From Balanoglossus misakiensis (taxonomy: Eukaryota; Animalia; Hemichordata): a stretch of DNA of 64,000 nucleotides. The DNA lies in NCBI GenBank assembly GCA_040954595.2, contig CM082593.2:8468043-8532042 (forward strand). Reading direction: 5' to 3'. This document shows positions 1 through 11,871 of this stretch, in pieces. Under the pieces are notes generated by a model. It ran no database searches and was not told the origin of the DNA. It worked only from the letters and a program-made list of their open reading frames with translations. Position 1 is the first letter of the stretch, and each line of letters begins with the position of its first letter. The position numbers were made by a program, and so were the translations under genes.

Positions 1-415
1 CAAAGACAAGCCCACGAGGAAACAGTTACAGGTGTGTGCATGGCTTATACACATACATTGACCATCTAAAACCTTAACAATTCTTACTATGCAGTTGATG
101 TGCTTGCATCAAAGGTCATGTAATCTCCTCAATCTGATCATACCTAATTGTAGAACACCCATAACTGCTACAGCAGTGGTTCTAGGTAGATGTTTGTGCT
201 TAAAAATATGAGACTGACATTTTTTGGGATTGAGCTAGGAGTATGCGACCTCATCAATATGGCAATGGACATGTACAGTTAACTGTCCTTAGGTTTAAGA
301 GCTAAGAGGTCAAGGGTCAATTATCCAGTTCCATGAGTCCAATTACAAAAAACCAGTGTGACTGACGTGTCATTAGTGTTTACATTTATTTCTTTATTTT
401 TATTTGATGTTTCAG

Positions 416-1128
416 AGGATGGCCAAGTCGTTCAAGTGAGACTTGCAGATGGAACACCATGCACTTTGTTATTCAAGGCAAGACAACCTCCAGTTCAACC
501 AGCAGATTACGTAAAAAACTATGGACACATGGTTCTTGAATTAGGGTTGTTATTTAAGAGTTTAAATGATATGTGTAAAGTTCCTGATAGAGATAGAGCA
601 ATTCGTCTTTTGAAGTTAGCTATGGTTACTTTTAAAGTAAATAATAATCACTCAAAATATGCACTGGAAATACTGCGTTTTCTAGTCCACCATTTGTGCA
701 TAATGACAGAACAAGAGGCCAATAGAGAATTTTATGGTTTGTTTGTCAACACAGAAGGTCAAAGAAATAGTTTTATCCCAACTGACAGACAGATGGAATA
801 TGAAACAAATGGCTTCAAACAAAACTGAGAGGAACATAAAACGAGTAACAAGTGCCCTTGCTGGGGTTAAGAGTATCTCAGAAAACTTTGATAAAATAAG
901 TGGGGTTATTGTCAGGGCCAAAAAAATACACAGGTTTCAGCACATGCTGATGAATTGGCTATGGTTAATGATTTAAGGCAGGTTAGGCCATTTCATCATA
1001 CCCCTGGAAGACTTCACCCTTCCTTTTCTAGAGTTAATAGTTCTATGCAAGATAAAATGGATGTACCCCGGTTCTATAATTGGATTGATAAATACATCAT
1101 TCAATTTGCCACAGAGACTGGAAACTGA
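416..1128 (+). pseudogene. DUF6589-like (putative Academ transposase) terminal exon, frameshifted
   Basis: Acceptor ttcag|416. Motifs DYVKNY..LELGLLF..D..R..K..KYALE..FVNTEG..IPTDRQME. The frame shifts near 800 (continues MKQMASNKTERNIKRV) and near 925 (continues DELAMVNDLRQVRPFHHTPGRLHPSF...W), ending at TGA 1126-1128. A probable upstream phase-1 exon ends at 31. Confidence 0.7.
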
Positions 1129-2300
1129 GGAGATTTTGTTATTTGTAAAATACTTTAATTTCTAAGTGTGTAATTGCAACTTTTCAGTAAGATGATTTGT
1201 GAAAACTTGTCAAATGTGTGTGCAAAAGTTTTCCACAAAGGATATGCTAATATAAAGCAAACTGGTGTTCTGTCTAAACCAAAGCATATAGACAGTAGCG
1301 AGGATGAACTTGAATAAGACCCATGAAAAGGCTTCATTTCCATTTTTATGTGTATTGTTGAAGGTACAGAATTTTATGAATAAATTTAGACAAATTAAGA
1401 AAGTCACTGGAAGTATCGTGAATGTGTCTCCCTTGTATAATTTACCAAAGAATTTAGAAATCTCTGTCCATTAATTGGAATATCTCACTCACTGCGTAAA
1501 TCCATAAAGTACCAGAGGCAAACTGAACTGTGAACACCTCTCAAAAGTTTGACGTATGTGTATTGATCATTTCATAAGCAATCATTGGCAGCTCTTCTGT
1601 TGCAATATCTTCTAAAGGAGCGTATGTAAAATTAAGAATTAAATAATCAATAATACAAACAAAGAGTGCAATCAGGTTAACACAAATTTAACATTTATTT
1701 GACAAAACAATATCAGGTATTTAACATTACAGTTGTCAGTCAAAATCATGGCAAGTACAGTGGTCTACATGTAATTAGCCAAGAAATATCACACTAAGTT
1801 CAAATGAAAATCAAATTAGTTCAAATAGCATGAACTAGCATCTCTGTGTTGCAAATTTATTTTCAATAAAACACAAGATACATGTCCGAAAATGAATATA
1901 AAAGCAAAATTTGTACAGTACCTGTTCAATATGTGAAGCTTTAAGAAAACCCCAAATTGACATTCATAGAGAATGAAGGACAGATTTTTTCTGTTTCTTT
2001 CAGTAAAATGGTGATTGGTAAATCCCCAAACCATCCCACTTTTAAATTTTGCAATGCTTTACTTGCATGGTCTTTAAAATCTCAATCTCAGGGAGCATTC
2101 AAAAAATATTTGTACCAGGGGGACCCACAGAAGATTTTCGGGGTGGGGGGGGGTGGGGGGGGGGAGGGTTGTTTCCATCAATTTTTACAAAGAAAATGAA
2201 AAATCCTACGGGGTCCCCCTGGAAGTAAAATCTGGACACACCCTTATAATATAAATGTAATCTCTCACATTTGTAAAAGAGGTAAAATACTAGTACTAGT

Positions 2301-4567
2301 CTAACTTTGATTTACTTGTGATATTATGGATACAATGTTATCAACATACTTTCTATCCAAATACTGAAAATCAACGATAATATTTCTGCTATTAGCATAA
2401 TAAATATATTGATTAGAAATTGTTTCTGCCAATACCTGTGTCAAACCAGTAACAAGTGATGGTAAAGGTACATTTGACAAGCATGAGTTTTCTGCATGAA
2501 AGTATTGCAATATTAAACCATGAACTATTGAAATTTTTTCAGAACATGTACCTACAATTCCACTATCACACAACTGAGCAACAGTTTCTTTCCCAGATGG
2601 CAGCAAACAGCCACCATTCTCTGGTGGCTGCCAACAGCCATCAAGTACAGAAGCTGAGGTGCAGTCATATGATAGAGTACTTGGGGATAAGCATGCCAGA
2701 CATTTACATGCCACCGCACAATTGTCACAACATTCATGACTGTCTGTAAACTGAGCACACAACTGCTGTCCAAAATTGTGGATTAAATTTTCCCTTCGAC
2801 AGTTCTCGGTCAAACAGAAATCTCTCATCCGGCGCGTCATTCCCTTCACATTTGCTGCAATATCAGAGGCATTATAATGCAGGATAGCCTCAGCAGGTTC
2901 ACCGTCTCTGCCAGCTCGACCAATTGCTTGAATATAAGCTACAGAGAATTAAAAGAAAATGTTATTTAAAGTATAAACCACTGTACTTTTCCTAGTTGTG
3001 AATTAACTGACATAACATTCAAAACTATCATTGTTTATTATTGTTGGTCAGCACAATGAATTCTTGGTAACAGCTTTTATTGTCCCTACAAGAAATGGAC
3101 ACAAGTTCTCAATATATCATTTAATATGATATTTTGTGTGTTTTTTATATTTGCAAATTGTCTTATCAGTTTCCCCCGTTCCATCAAACATGGAACCTTA
3201 GTTATTCTAAATGCAAATATTTAAATGAGAAAAATAATAATAACATGACAAATTGGTATTGGTACATACTCTCTAGTGATCTTGGTGGACTGGCATGGAT
3301 TACTCTTCTCACCCCTGCTGGGTCTGCACCCATACCATATGCCTCGGTGGCAAATAACAATCTCAGGGTACTGTTTGGCGCTGCCATACCTTCAATAATT
3401 TCTTTTTTCATCTGTTGAAAAAAATACAACATGTCGTTTACATATATGTAGGTGCTAAAAATTGACATAACATTTTTTTTCCAAAAATATTATTTCACCT
3501 GTTATGTTTCAAGTGATGTATCTACACTTTAAAGTAATAATATTAAATGACTTTCAGTTGTTTTACAAACTACCTTTAAAATAATAGTATTCAAAAACTA
3601 AATGACATTTTTTTTATCAGAGTAACTTCAAACACTAAGTTGCATTACCTTATCTGTGCAAGATGCATGGAACTGGGCAACCATATCCCCAATATCTTGG
3701 AAAGGAGGATCGCTATCCAAGCAGGGTCTTAGAGCCAGCTCATGTGCATAGCCACACCACTTCAGTTGGGTGTATACATTTGTTCTGGGAAAACCATTCC
3801 CAAGATTCTGCAACTCTTCAATAAGCGGCAGAAAAATCGTATCATATGACGCTTGTACGGTATGGTTACCACCCGAGTTTGGAGGTCTCTTTCTGACAAT
3901 TAATTTGATATTTCTTCTGTCGATGTTTGAAGACACAATTGTCGGGTTTTTCAACAGCAGTAGTTCACTGATTTCTGCCCGTGTCTCAATCGTAGAAGTA
4001 GCTGTCATCGCCAAAACTTTTGCATTATTAAATATTGCCCGGAGGTTTTTTAAATGTTTGAAATCAGGGCGAAAGTCAGTACCCCATTGCACAACACAAT
4101 GTGCCTCATCGATCACTATGTGGGTAACCTTCTTCTGCCACACTGGTCTTCTAAAAACTTCAAACGCTTCTGGCTGCAGAATATGTTCTGGGTGTGAGAA
4201 AACGTAGGTAAAGTCGCCATCTAGAAAGCGTTTTTTTCACAGTACTCCCGAAAGAAAAATTACGGTCGATCTTCACGGCTTCAACACCCAACTTGCTGCA
4301 TTGCTCCTCGATGATTGCGTTCAGTGGAGTTATTATAACGACAGCAGCAGTCTCCGGTGGGAATAGAATCGGCAGTGATTCAAATATCACTGACTTTCCA
4401 TATCCTGTTGGCAACAGCGCGATACAGTCTCCTTTCAAGCACACTGCCAAACAGTCCACCTGTTTCGGATTTTAAAAAGTGAAAGCAGAGCCGCGTCGAC
4501 AGTTAATACAAGACAGTGCATACTTTGTGCGAATAACAAAGTCGAGCTATTCTTTGAACGACGCCAT
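2301..4567 (-). pseudogene. RecQ-like SF2 helicase, 3 exons (4567-3649, 3411-3270, 2938-2301), inactivated
   Basis: Motifs LPTGYGKS, TPLNA, IVIDEAHC..WG.DFRP, MTAT, FHAS, ATEAYGMG, YIQAIGRAGRDG and an RQC-like CRR...CCDNC. Two in-frame stops lie within the first 36 codons, and there is a frameshift in a poly-A run near 4235. Confidence 0.88.
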
Positions 4568-4654
4568 TGTTTGTCGTCTGAAAACTTTATTGACCAATCA
4601 GCACGCTCGATATTAATGTCCAATCACAGCCATGCATTAAATGGCCTTTACCTG

Positions 4655-5255
4655 GGGCGCGTTCGATTTGCACGATCATGATTGTGATTGGCCAATCGTG
4701 ATCGTGATTGTGCGTTCGAATACGCCCAATCATAATCATGATTGACAATCACAACAATCACGCCTCCGAGCGTGATTGTTGTGATTAAACACACAAAATG
4801 GCGGACGACGCAGCAGCCGGTACCGAAGCGGCGGTAATTTTAAAACTCCCAAGAGCAGAGTTTGACTTGTATTGCGATACTTTTAGGCGAGGTAAGTTGT
4901 TAGACGCAAGTTGAATCATAAGTGCTATATTTTATTTATATTATACTTCGTTTTTACCATGGACCAAAAAAAAAGTGTCGGGGCGCCGGTCCGCGGTCTG
5001 CCTATCATATTCTACTGTACTGGGTTTAGGGAGAGTTCGCTCGGTAATTATGATAAGTCTTTTGTTTGTCAGTTTGTTATGTCTAACAAAAATTGAGTAT
5101 TTTACAACATTTTAATCGTAAAAGTACGCACCGACGCTGATGGCAGCCATTACATGTAAACATGATTTATACGCTATTCCGTTTTGTTTACAGCCTCGCT
5201 TTCAACAATGACGTCACGCCAATCACAATCATGATCGTGCAAATCGAATGCGCCC
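4655..5255. mobile_element. PIF/Harbinger-like MITE nested in the AcademH end
   Basis: TIR gggcgcgttcgatttgcacgatcatgattgtgattgg is mirrored at 5219-5255, with a 3-bp ctg flank on both sides. Confidence 0.75.
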
Positions 5256-5311
5256 CTGACCCCTTTCGTGAGTGTAGCGCCAGCAGCGGGAGAAAGGGGG
5301 CAGGGTACCTG

Positions 5312-6350
5312 GGGTGCGTTCGACGTACGAAGCGTTCGGGAACGTTCGGAAACGTTTTCATGTCGAACGATCTTTTGTCCTTGTTTTTCGCGAACGTTTT
5401 GTAACAATGGAAGGCGTTTGCCTCTCAAGAGGGCGCCCTCAATGACCTTTGGCTTTTCAGAGACGCGGTCAAGAGGTCTCTCCAAATCCGTTTCGTTCAA
5501 CCAATGAGAGCGCTGAAGTGGCGTTCGATTTAGGGGAAGGTAACTGATTCGTCAATGGCGTTCCACCGGAAGTATCACCATGGTTGCCTACTTACTTCAC
5601 GATTTCATTTTTATAGATCGATCGCCAAAAATTGAGATAATCGGAATTATTTTACACGTAATCATAATTTACGAGTACAAGTGTCGTTTGTTGTTCTGAA
5701 CGTCTGTTCTACACGTATGCCACGTCACGTGACAAGGACGTTACGCGTACTGATCGAACGTGCACGCGATCCATGCACGCGATGGAACTTCTGTCTGGCA
5801 TATTAGCCAATCATATGAAGCAACATCTTGCATGGTACTAGCCAATCACAGCACGAGCTCAAACGGATTTGGAGAGACGTCTTGCACCGCGTCTCTGAAA
5901 AGCCAAAGGTCATTGACGGCGCCCTCTGGAAAGGCAATGGAAGGCGTAAGACGGAGGTGACTCGCGGCGAACAACTCATTAATTCAAAATGGCGGACATG
6001 TAAGCCGAAGTACGACTCGCAGGGCATATTTTCGAAGAAGTTGCAGAATATTTGTCGATTTAGGTAGTGATAGTTTTACCAAGCGAAAGCTTGTATTTAT
6101 TCTCAATCAATAAACCAATTCACATGGATTGTGCCGCTACTGTCTTGTGTAAAACGGTTTAAAAGTGGTATGCACTTCCGGAATCATGTCCTTGTATGCG
6201 CACCGGGACGTTCTTGCTGACGGCCGCTGTCTCTGAAAAGCCAAAGGTCATTGACAGCGCCCTCTTGTGAGAGGCAAGCTTATCGTTCGACGAAGTACAA
6301 AAGCGCCCGGCGCAAGCATTCACAAAACGCTTTGTGCGTCGAACGCACCC
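5312..6350. mobile_element. Second PIF/Harbinger-like MITE nested in the AcademH end
   Basis: TIRs gggtgcgttcgacg...cgtcgaacgcaccc with CWG flanks (ctg/cag). An internal motif tctctgaaaagccaaaggtcattga occurs near 5890 and 6230 and inverted near 5440. Confidence 0.7.
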
Positions 6351-6668
6351 CAGACTAGACCTATACTTGAAGACGGACATATGCATTGTGGGAACAGAGC
6401 ATGCACCAGAGGAAGTCATGGGTACTTGGGGGTCACTTCACATCAGAGTCAAGATGGTCACTATTCTCTGCGTTAACTCTATGGGAGACAAATCAAACTG
6501 TAATGATTTTTATGAAAATATGACTGTTGAACACAACTTATTTTCTTTGTGTCGCATAAGGTGATTGACTTGAACGACATCAGAGTCAAAACCACGTGAT
6601 GACCTCGTTGCCGTGACATTGCATTTTGAGTTCTATTGACATGCAGATCTTCAAAATCCAAGAGTTGA

Positions 6669-7109
6669 TAGTCTAGAATCTATCCGTTCGTAGTTGCATT
6701 CACCCTACTACTGTCTAGGAACGCATAACCAAAATCTAGTAAGGCCATAAAAATGGTAATTTGAATGTGAATAGTCTCCAACTGAGCAGTCTGACGTCAG
6801 AGAAATCAATCACTTACGTTGACCGACTACTGATTGGCCGTTGATGGCATGGGTGTTTCTTCATTATTATTCATATATGCCCAATTATGGCACATGTTGC
6901 GGCTGCATTGACAATCGCAGGAAATTCGCATGTAGCTCCGCCCCGAATGATACATAATTATGATCACGTGGTGACGCTTGACGTCAGATTGCTCAGTTGG
7001 AGACTATTCACATTCAAATTACCATTTTTATGGCCTTACTAGATTTTGGTAATGCGTTCCTAGACGGTAGTAGGGTGAATGCGACTACGAACGGATAGAT
7101 TCTAGACTA
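6669..7109. mobile_element. Foldback MITE with TAG...CTA ends and 8-bp TSD
   Basis: TIRs of ~130 bp (tagtctagaatctatccgttcgtag...). TSD agagttga at 6661-6668 and 7110-7117. The empty site is visible in the paralog at ~39906. Confidence 0.9.
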
Positions 7110-7727
7110 AGAGTTGACTGCATGGCCAGACCCTTGTGTGTGAGTCTATCTAAAAGACACTGGGTATGGAGACCAGGCTACAGAACAGCCAAAGCCGAGA
7201 GAACAGAATAGCCAAAACTATCACCAGCGCCTATTTCTACATCTGATATTTAATCAGACTGAGGTCATATTCTATAATAAACTCACCAAAATGAGTAAAT
7301 TATGAAGAGCAGTTTAATCTAATTTTATTGATACAACATATTTTACAACGTACATATATATAATCAACACACCTGAGTTTTGCTTCACATTGTTGAATGT
7401 GGGCTTCATCTTCTTGAAGTCCCTCAAACATCCATTTAATACTTCCAATTTATCAGTGATTTGCTTCAACTAATTTTAAGAAGTTATACTAAAATGGGAC
7501 CTGTAGTTCCATGAATATCACAAATTTATTTTTTCTCAGCAATTTTCACACAGACAATTTCGGAGTCTGAATTTTTCCTGTTTCTGTGGTTAATTCCATT
7601 TTTCGATGAATATTTGAATCCATGATTGATTGTTTATTGACAAAAGTGAATGACTGAAATCTACCATTGTAAAAACAGCAAATATGAGAAAATAAAATAA
7701 CAAGGCTTTTCTTTAACAATGATTCCA

Positions 7728-8073
7728 TTAAAGGGACAAAGTCTCTCTATCTCACTGCCCCTTTTCCATTAATTATGTTTGACACAAGACACTCTTTATG
7801 TTATTCTACATGTGGATATATAGCGAATCAACGTTCGACCACACACACCTTTCATCCTGTTTGTAGGATATGAGAGTAGACATCTCCCCAAAATGAATAA
7901 ACGGTAGAGACTGATTATTCATTTTGGCGAGTTTTTTACTCTCGTGTCTACAAGTGGGATAGAAGTTGTGATTCACTATATATCCACATGTACATTGATA
8001 TGACGTATGTATAAAACGTAGTTAATGGAAAAAAGGGCAGCGAGAGAGAGAGAGAGAGACTTTGTCCCTTTAA
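7728..8073. mobile_element. TTAA-flanked MITE family A (agggacaaagtc...gactttgtccct), Kolobok-like
   Basis: Long imperfect TIRs with TTAA on both sides. Other copies lie at 9965-10319, 33303-33777, 40925-41261 and ~47880-48229. Confidence 0.85.
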
Positions 8074-8536
8074 TTGTGCCAAAACCTACAAAATTAAAAT
8101 ATCAGCTTTTCAACACATTAAACTTAAACAGCTGCACAGCCATTAAAATCAATTAAGTCAGTAAAAGTAAGTCAGTCAAACTGAAATAAATTCTGAAGTA
8201 CTCTATACATGGTCAGTTCTTCTAATGACAGTTTACAGTTACTTTGCTTTCTACACTTCTGAAACCACAAATATTGACTGTCATCAAATATAATTCAATA
8301 CCATGCCATGTCATATAGAGTGAAATCTACCACTCTCCAAATACTATCCTGTGACCACACAGGATAAAACAGGTGAGGCCTGACAACCAGTGTGCACTCT
8401 AAGCCCATATGACCCGCTTCCAACTCAACAAAATCACTGGTGACTCAAGAAAATTATGCATGCTACATGCAAAGGTATAGGGCGGACTCAGGGAAATTTC
8501 TAGAAAATCCTCAAATTGTCTCAAAGATTTTAAAAG

Positions 8537-8727
8537 TTATGCTGCTCCAAAGCTCTGGAACTCGCGGCCTAATGATATTCGACTAGCACCCAGTCAAGAC
8601 TCTTTTAAGAGAAAACTGAAGACAAATTTTTTTGAAAAAGCCTACAGTGTGTGAACAACCATCAGACGCCACTGAACAGAACTTCTGGATATTGGCGCCA
8701 TATAAATTTGTTGATTGATTGATTGAA
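8537..8727 (+). mobile_element. 3' end of a CR1/L2-type LINE
   Basis: Translates to AAPKLWNS.PNDIRLAPSQDSFKRKLKT, typical of a CR1/L2 ORF2 C-terminus, followed by an (attg)n tail. A paralogous copy lies at ~41730-41917. Confidence 0.75.
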
Positions 8728-9189
8728 AAGTTATGTTTGTTAGAGGGCACACTGCCCGACGCTCCCACTCAAAAATTGACAAGAGACAGTTTGAGTCAAT
8801 GACAAGTAAGAGTGCTTTTGCATTTATGTGTTGAAAAGGCAAGAGTTGTCATTCCAGTCAGGGTCGAATGCATTCAGTTTCTTCTCATATTATTGGTTAC
8901 AAGCATGTATCTCACCATCAAATGATAAACTTTTTATCAATTAAAACTTAAAACTCAACACCTAACTTACAAACTTGGTTTTCTATCCCCAAATTAACTC
9001 AATTTACCTGATGCAACTTCATTCCCCTGTCTTGTCTGATTGGTTTTCATGAACTGTTACATTTTTTTTATAAGTTTATAAGAAAATATTAAAACAAAAA
9101 TATCACTGATTTGAAATTTAGTTATTTTTAAACATTTTACCAACCTCTTAGCAGATTAATTTATGGACAAGTCACATGCTTATGTCATG

Positions 9190-9382
9190 TTAAAGGTATA
9201 CAGTCACCTATGCAAATTTAGCTACAGTTACCATGGCAAATTGAGATCTAGCCAATCATAGATTTTCAGTGGGTGGCACATGCAAAAATAAGAGCGCCAC
9301 CATATGTTCTTTAGAACACTCATAAACGCCATTTCAGCCATATATCGGCGTATGTAAATTGGCGGTGACAGTGTACCTTTAA
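9190..9382. mobile_element. TTAA-flanked MITE family B
   Basis: ttaaaggtatacagtcacc...ggtgacagtgtacctttaa. Copy at 42383-42575 and a related partial copy at ~49948-50100. Confidence 0.8.
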
Positions 9383-9964
9383 ACATACCAAAACCTCCCA
9401 TGGTATTTACGTTCAAAAATAAACTGTGTTTGCAAATGTCTTGTTCACTTGTTACCTACAGCTATCACTATTATTATTCACAACATGCAGTGCAAGATCA
9501 CGCAACCCCCCCCAATCCATGCTTACTCACCAAGTGTTTAGCTTTACAGAACATACACAGTTTTCATAGGATCTGTAGCTTTCAATAAAATCTCTAAATA
9601 ATACTTTCGTCTAGGATCACTGATTGTGTCAACACAGTAGATTTTTTTGCATAAGGTTTCACAATCAAGGAACAAGACACATTGTTAATTTCAGGTTTTC
9701 AACATAACTTGACAATATTTTTGATATACAAATGACGATGGCCCTTGGGAAGAATGATTAAAGGGACAAAGTCTCTCTCTCGCTGCCCTTTTTTCCATTA
9801 ATTATATTTGATACAAGACACCTATGACACTAATGTCAACACAGTAGATTTTTTTGCATAAGGTTTCACAATCAAGGAACAAGACACATTGTTAATTTCA
9901 GGTTTTCAACATAACTTGACAATATTTTTGATATACAAATGACGATGGCCCTTGGGAAGAATGA

Positions 9965-10319
9965 TTAAAGGGACAAAGTCTCTCTCTCGCTGCCCTTTTT
10001 TCCATTAATTATATTTGATACAAGACACCGTTTGTTATTCTACATGTGGATATATAGTGAATGAACGTTCAACCACACACAACTTCCATCCCTCTTATAG
10101 ACAGGAGAGTGAAAAAACTCGCCAGAATGAATAATCGTTCTTTACCATTTATTCATTTTGGGCGAGTTTTTAGTCTCATATCATACAAGTGGGATGGAAG
10201 TTTTGTGTGGTTGATCATTGATTCACTATATATCCACATTTACATTAACAGAAACAGTGTCTTGTATCAAACATAATTAATGGAAAAGGGGCAGCTGGAG
10301 AGAGACTTTGTCCCTTTAA
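9965..10319. mobile_element. MITE family A copy, absent from the paralogous segment
   Basis: TIRs and TTAA flanks. It is preceded by a ~200-bp tandem duplication (~9630-9820 repeated at ~9835-10029). Confidence 0.85.
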
Positions 10320-10381
10320 TGGTATAGAATATAGGATTGCTTTGTTCTGTACGTATATTACAAAATACAACTTGTTCACTC

Positions 10382-10461
10382 TCAGAGATCATTGTTACGA
10401 ATAAACCTGTTGCCTTCCGAGTGTCTGCCGTAGTAAACATAACGGCATTGGCCAAATGTGC
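10382..10461 (-). pseudogene. LRMDA: Orphan duplicate of the LRMDA terminal coding exon
   Basis: Matches 43274-43353 ([26 protein letters not shown]) with an intact acceptor. No upstream exons are present because the duplication ends at 10795. Confidence 0.9.
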
Positions 10462-10785
10462 CTAGAAAAAAAGCAGAAAAAATAGTTTAGTTGGTTGCTT
10501 GACATGGTTACAAATCTGTGGCACATTTCAGCCAACTAATAAACTGATTTGCATCTTAAAGCCCCTATAGCTGCCAAATTTCACATATTTTTCCCACAGT
10601 AAAGAAGGTTGGATTCAGACAAAGTACAGTATAATAAAAAAAATTTCATCTGACTCACAATTGCTCTTTGCATCTTTAATGTCAGACAACGATAAATTTT
10701 CAATAGACTGGGTACAGGTAAGTGAAAAACATATACTGTTCACTTTATTCTTGTAAAATATCTTAAACTCCTCATTTAGTTTCCT

Positions 10786-11871
10786 GTGGTCATATCTCGG
10801 ATTTTGTTTGATTACAAGCACGACGTGTATGTGTATTAATCAATGATCCCGCTTGTTGTAGGTGGGCTCGTGTGTACCTTTGGAGAACTTAATTTCAGTT
10901 ACATTGGATTTTCAGCAGCCGTGGTCTCTTTACTTTTGAGGAGTACAAAGAGTATACTTCAAGGTTTGTCTTGTAATTTTTTTGGTACATTTATCTACTT
11001 TGCTTTTCATCACAGAGTATGGAAGCATAGAAAGAGCAAGTGGTCTGTTGCAGCACGGTTACTAGAAAAGAACTTTTCTAGTAACCATGGTTGCAGTAAG
11101 TGCTTGAGTTCCATTGTTGCAGAAATCTGGAATATTTTCCAACATTGGGTCATTCCGGTAGTTCTTACATCTTTTTATTTTAGCACCACGTTACTTGAAT
11201 AAAAAATTTGATGCAAGAGATTGTTTCTGTTATTATGAACCTCTGGTCCTTGTTCTGCGAAAGATATATTATCAAAGTGATATTACTAAATTCTAACGCA
11301 TGATTAATTCATTTGTGACAGTGATGTCGACGCTATCCAGCTGTCCAGTTCACTGTTTATAGAAAAACAAAACTGTTGATTGCCAAAATATAAACAGATT
11401 ATGCTGGGAAAGTTTGAAGTACATGTACAAGAGTTTACATATACAGTATATTGCATTCAGAGAGATGATGGACTGATCTACCAGCAGGCATGGTATTGAT
11501 GGGCACCAACATATGCTCCAGTCAAGAAAACTACTGTAAATTGCACATATCAATTGTAAGCTGTCATGAAACCACCTGTTGCTGGATTGCTGTTTTTTTT
11601 TTTTTGTATATTTTAAAAGAGTTTTTGTTAAGACAGAAATTTAGAGAGCAATAGTACTAATACTGTAGTGTAAACACTTGTCCCAGATTTTGAACATGAA
11701 GTTTATAATAAGTGATAATCTAGACTGATGTCATCTGTGACATCATTATGGATAGTTTTTGTTTCTGACAGTAGTATTCGTCTAATTTTTGTGTCTCTTG
11801 TTATTGCAGGTATTTTATTGAAGGAAGAAAGACTGGATTCGGTGCGTTTGCTTTACCACATGTCATTTCCC
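10786..11871 (+). pseudogene. SLC35E4-like (triose-phosphate transporter family) two-exon fragment
   Basis: Exon piece 10786-10963 reads VVISRILFDYKHDVYVY*SMIPLVVGGLVCTFGELNFSYIGFSAAVVSLLLRSTKSILQ, with an in-frame TAA at 10837. A GT-AG intron follows, then an exon from 11810 (GILLKEERLDSVRLLYHMSFP) that is cut off. This resembles SLC35E4 LRGLKSVQQSALLQEERLDAVTLLY. Confidence 0.75.

Larger units (their letters stand above)
1..6357. mobile_element. Decayed AcademH-type DNA transposon (right part; left end lies outside the window)
   Basis: A DUF6589-like gene (+) and a RecQ-like SF2 helicase gene (-) converge. After removing two nested MITEs, the end reads ...acctgacccctttcg...gagaaagggggcagggtacc(t/a)gaCTA at 6357. 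Homology to the paralogous site starts exactly at 6358 (gacctatac vs gacttatac at 39603). A RecQ-like helicase plus transposase and 9-10-bp TSDs are the described hallmarks of AcademH. Confidence 0.75.
6358..10795. repeat. Segmental duplicate (copy 1) of 39603-43751
   Basis: Near-identical collinear sequence from gacctatacttgaagacgg to ttcctgtggtcatat. The copies differ by copy-specific insertions. Confidence 0.95.

Noticed and set aside
2301-4567. Cellular RecQ/WRN/BLM ortholog
   Set aside because: It has only a minimal helicase plus RQC-like region, carries stops and a frameshift, and is paired with a transposase-like gene inside an element terminus.
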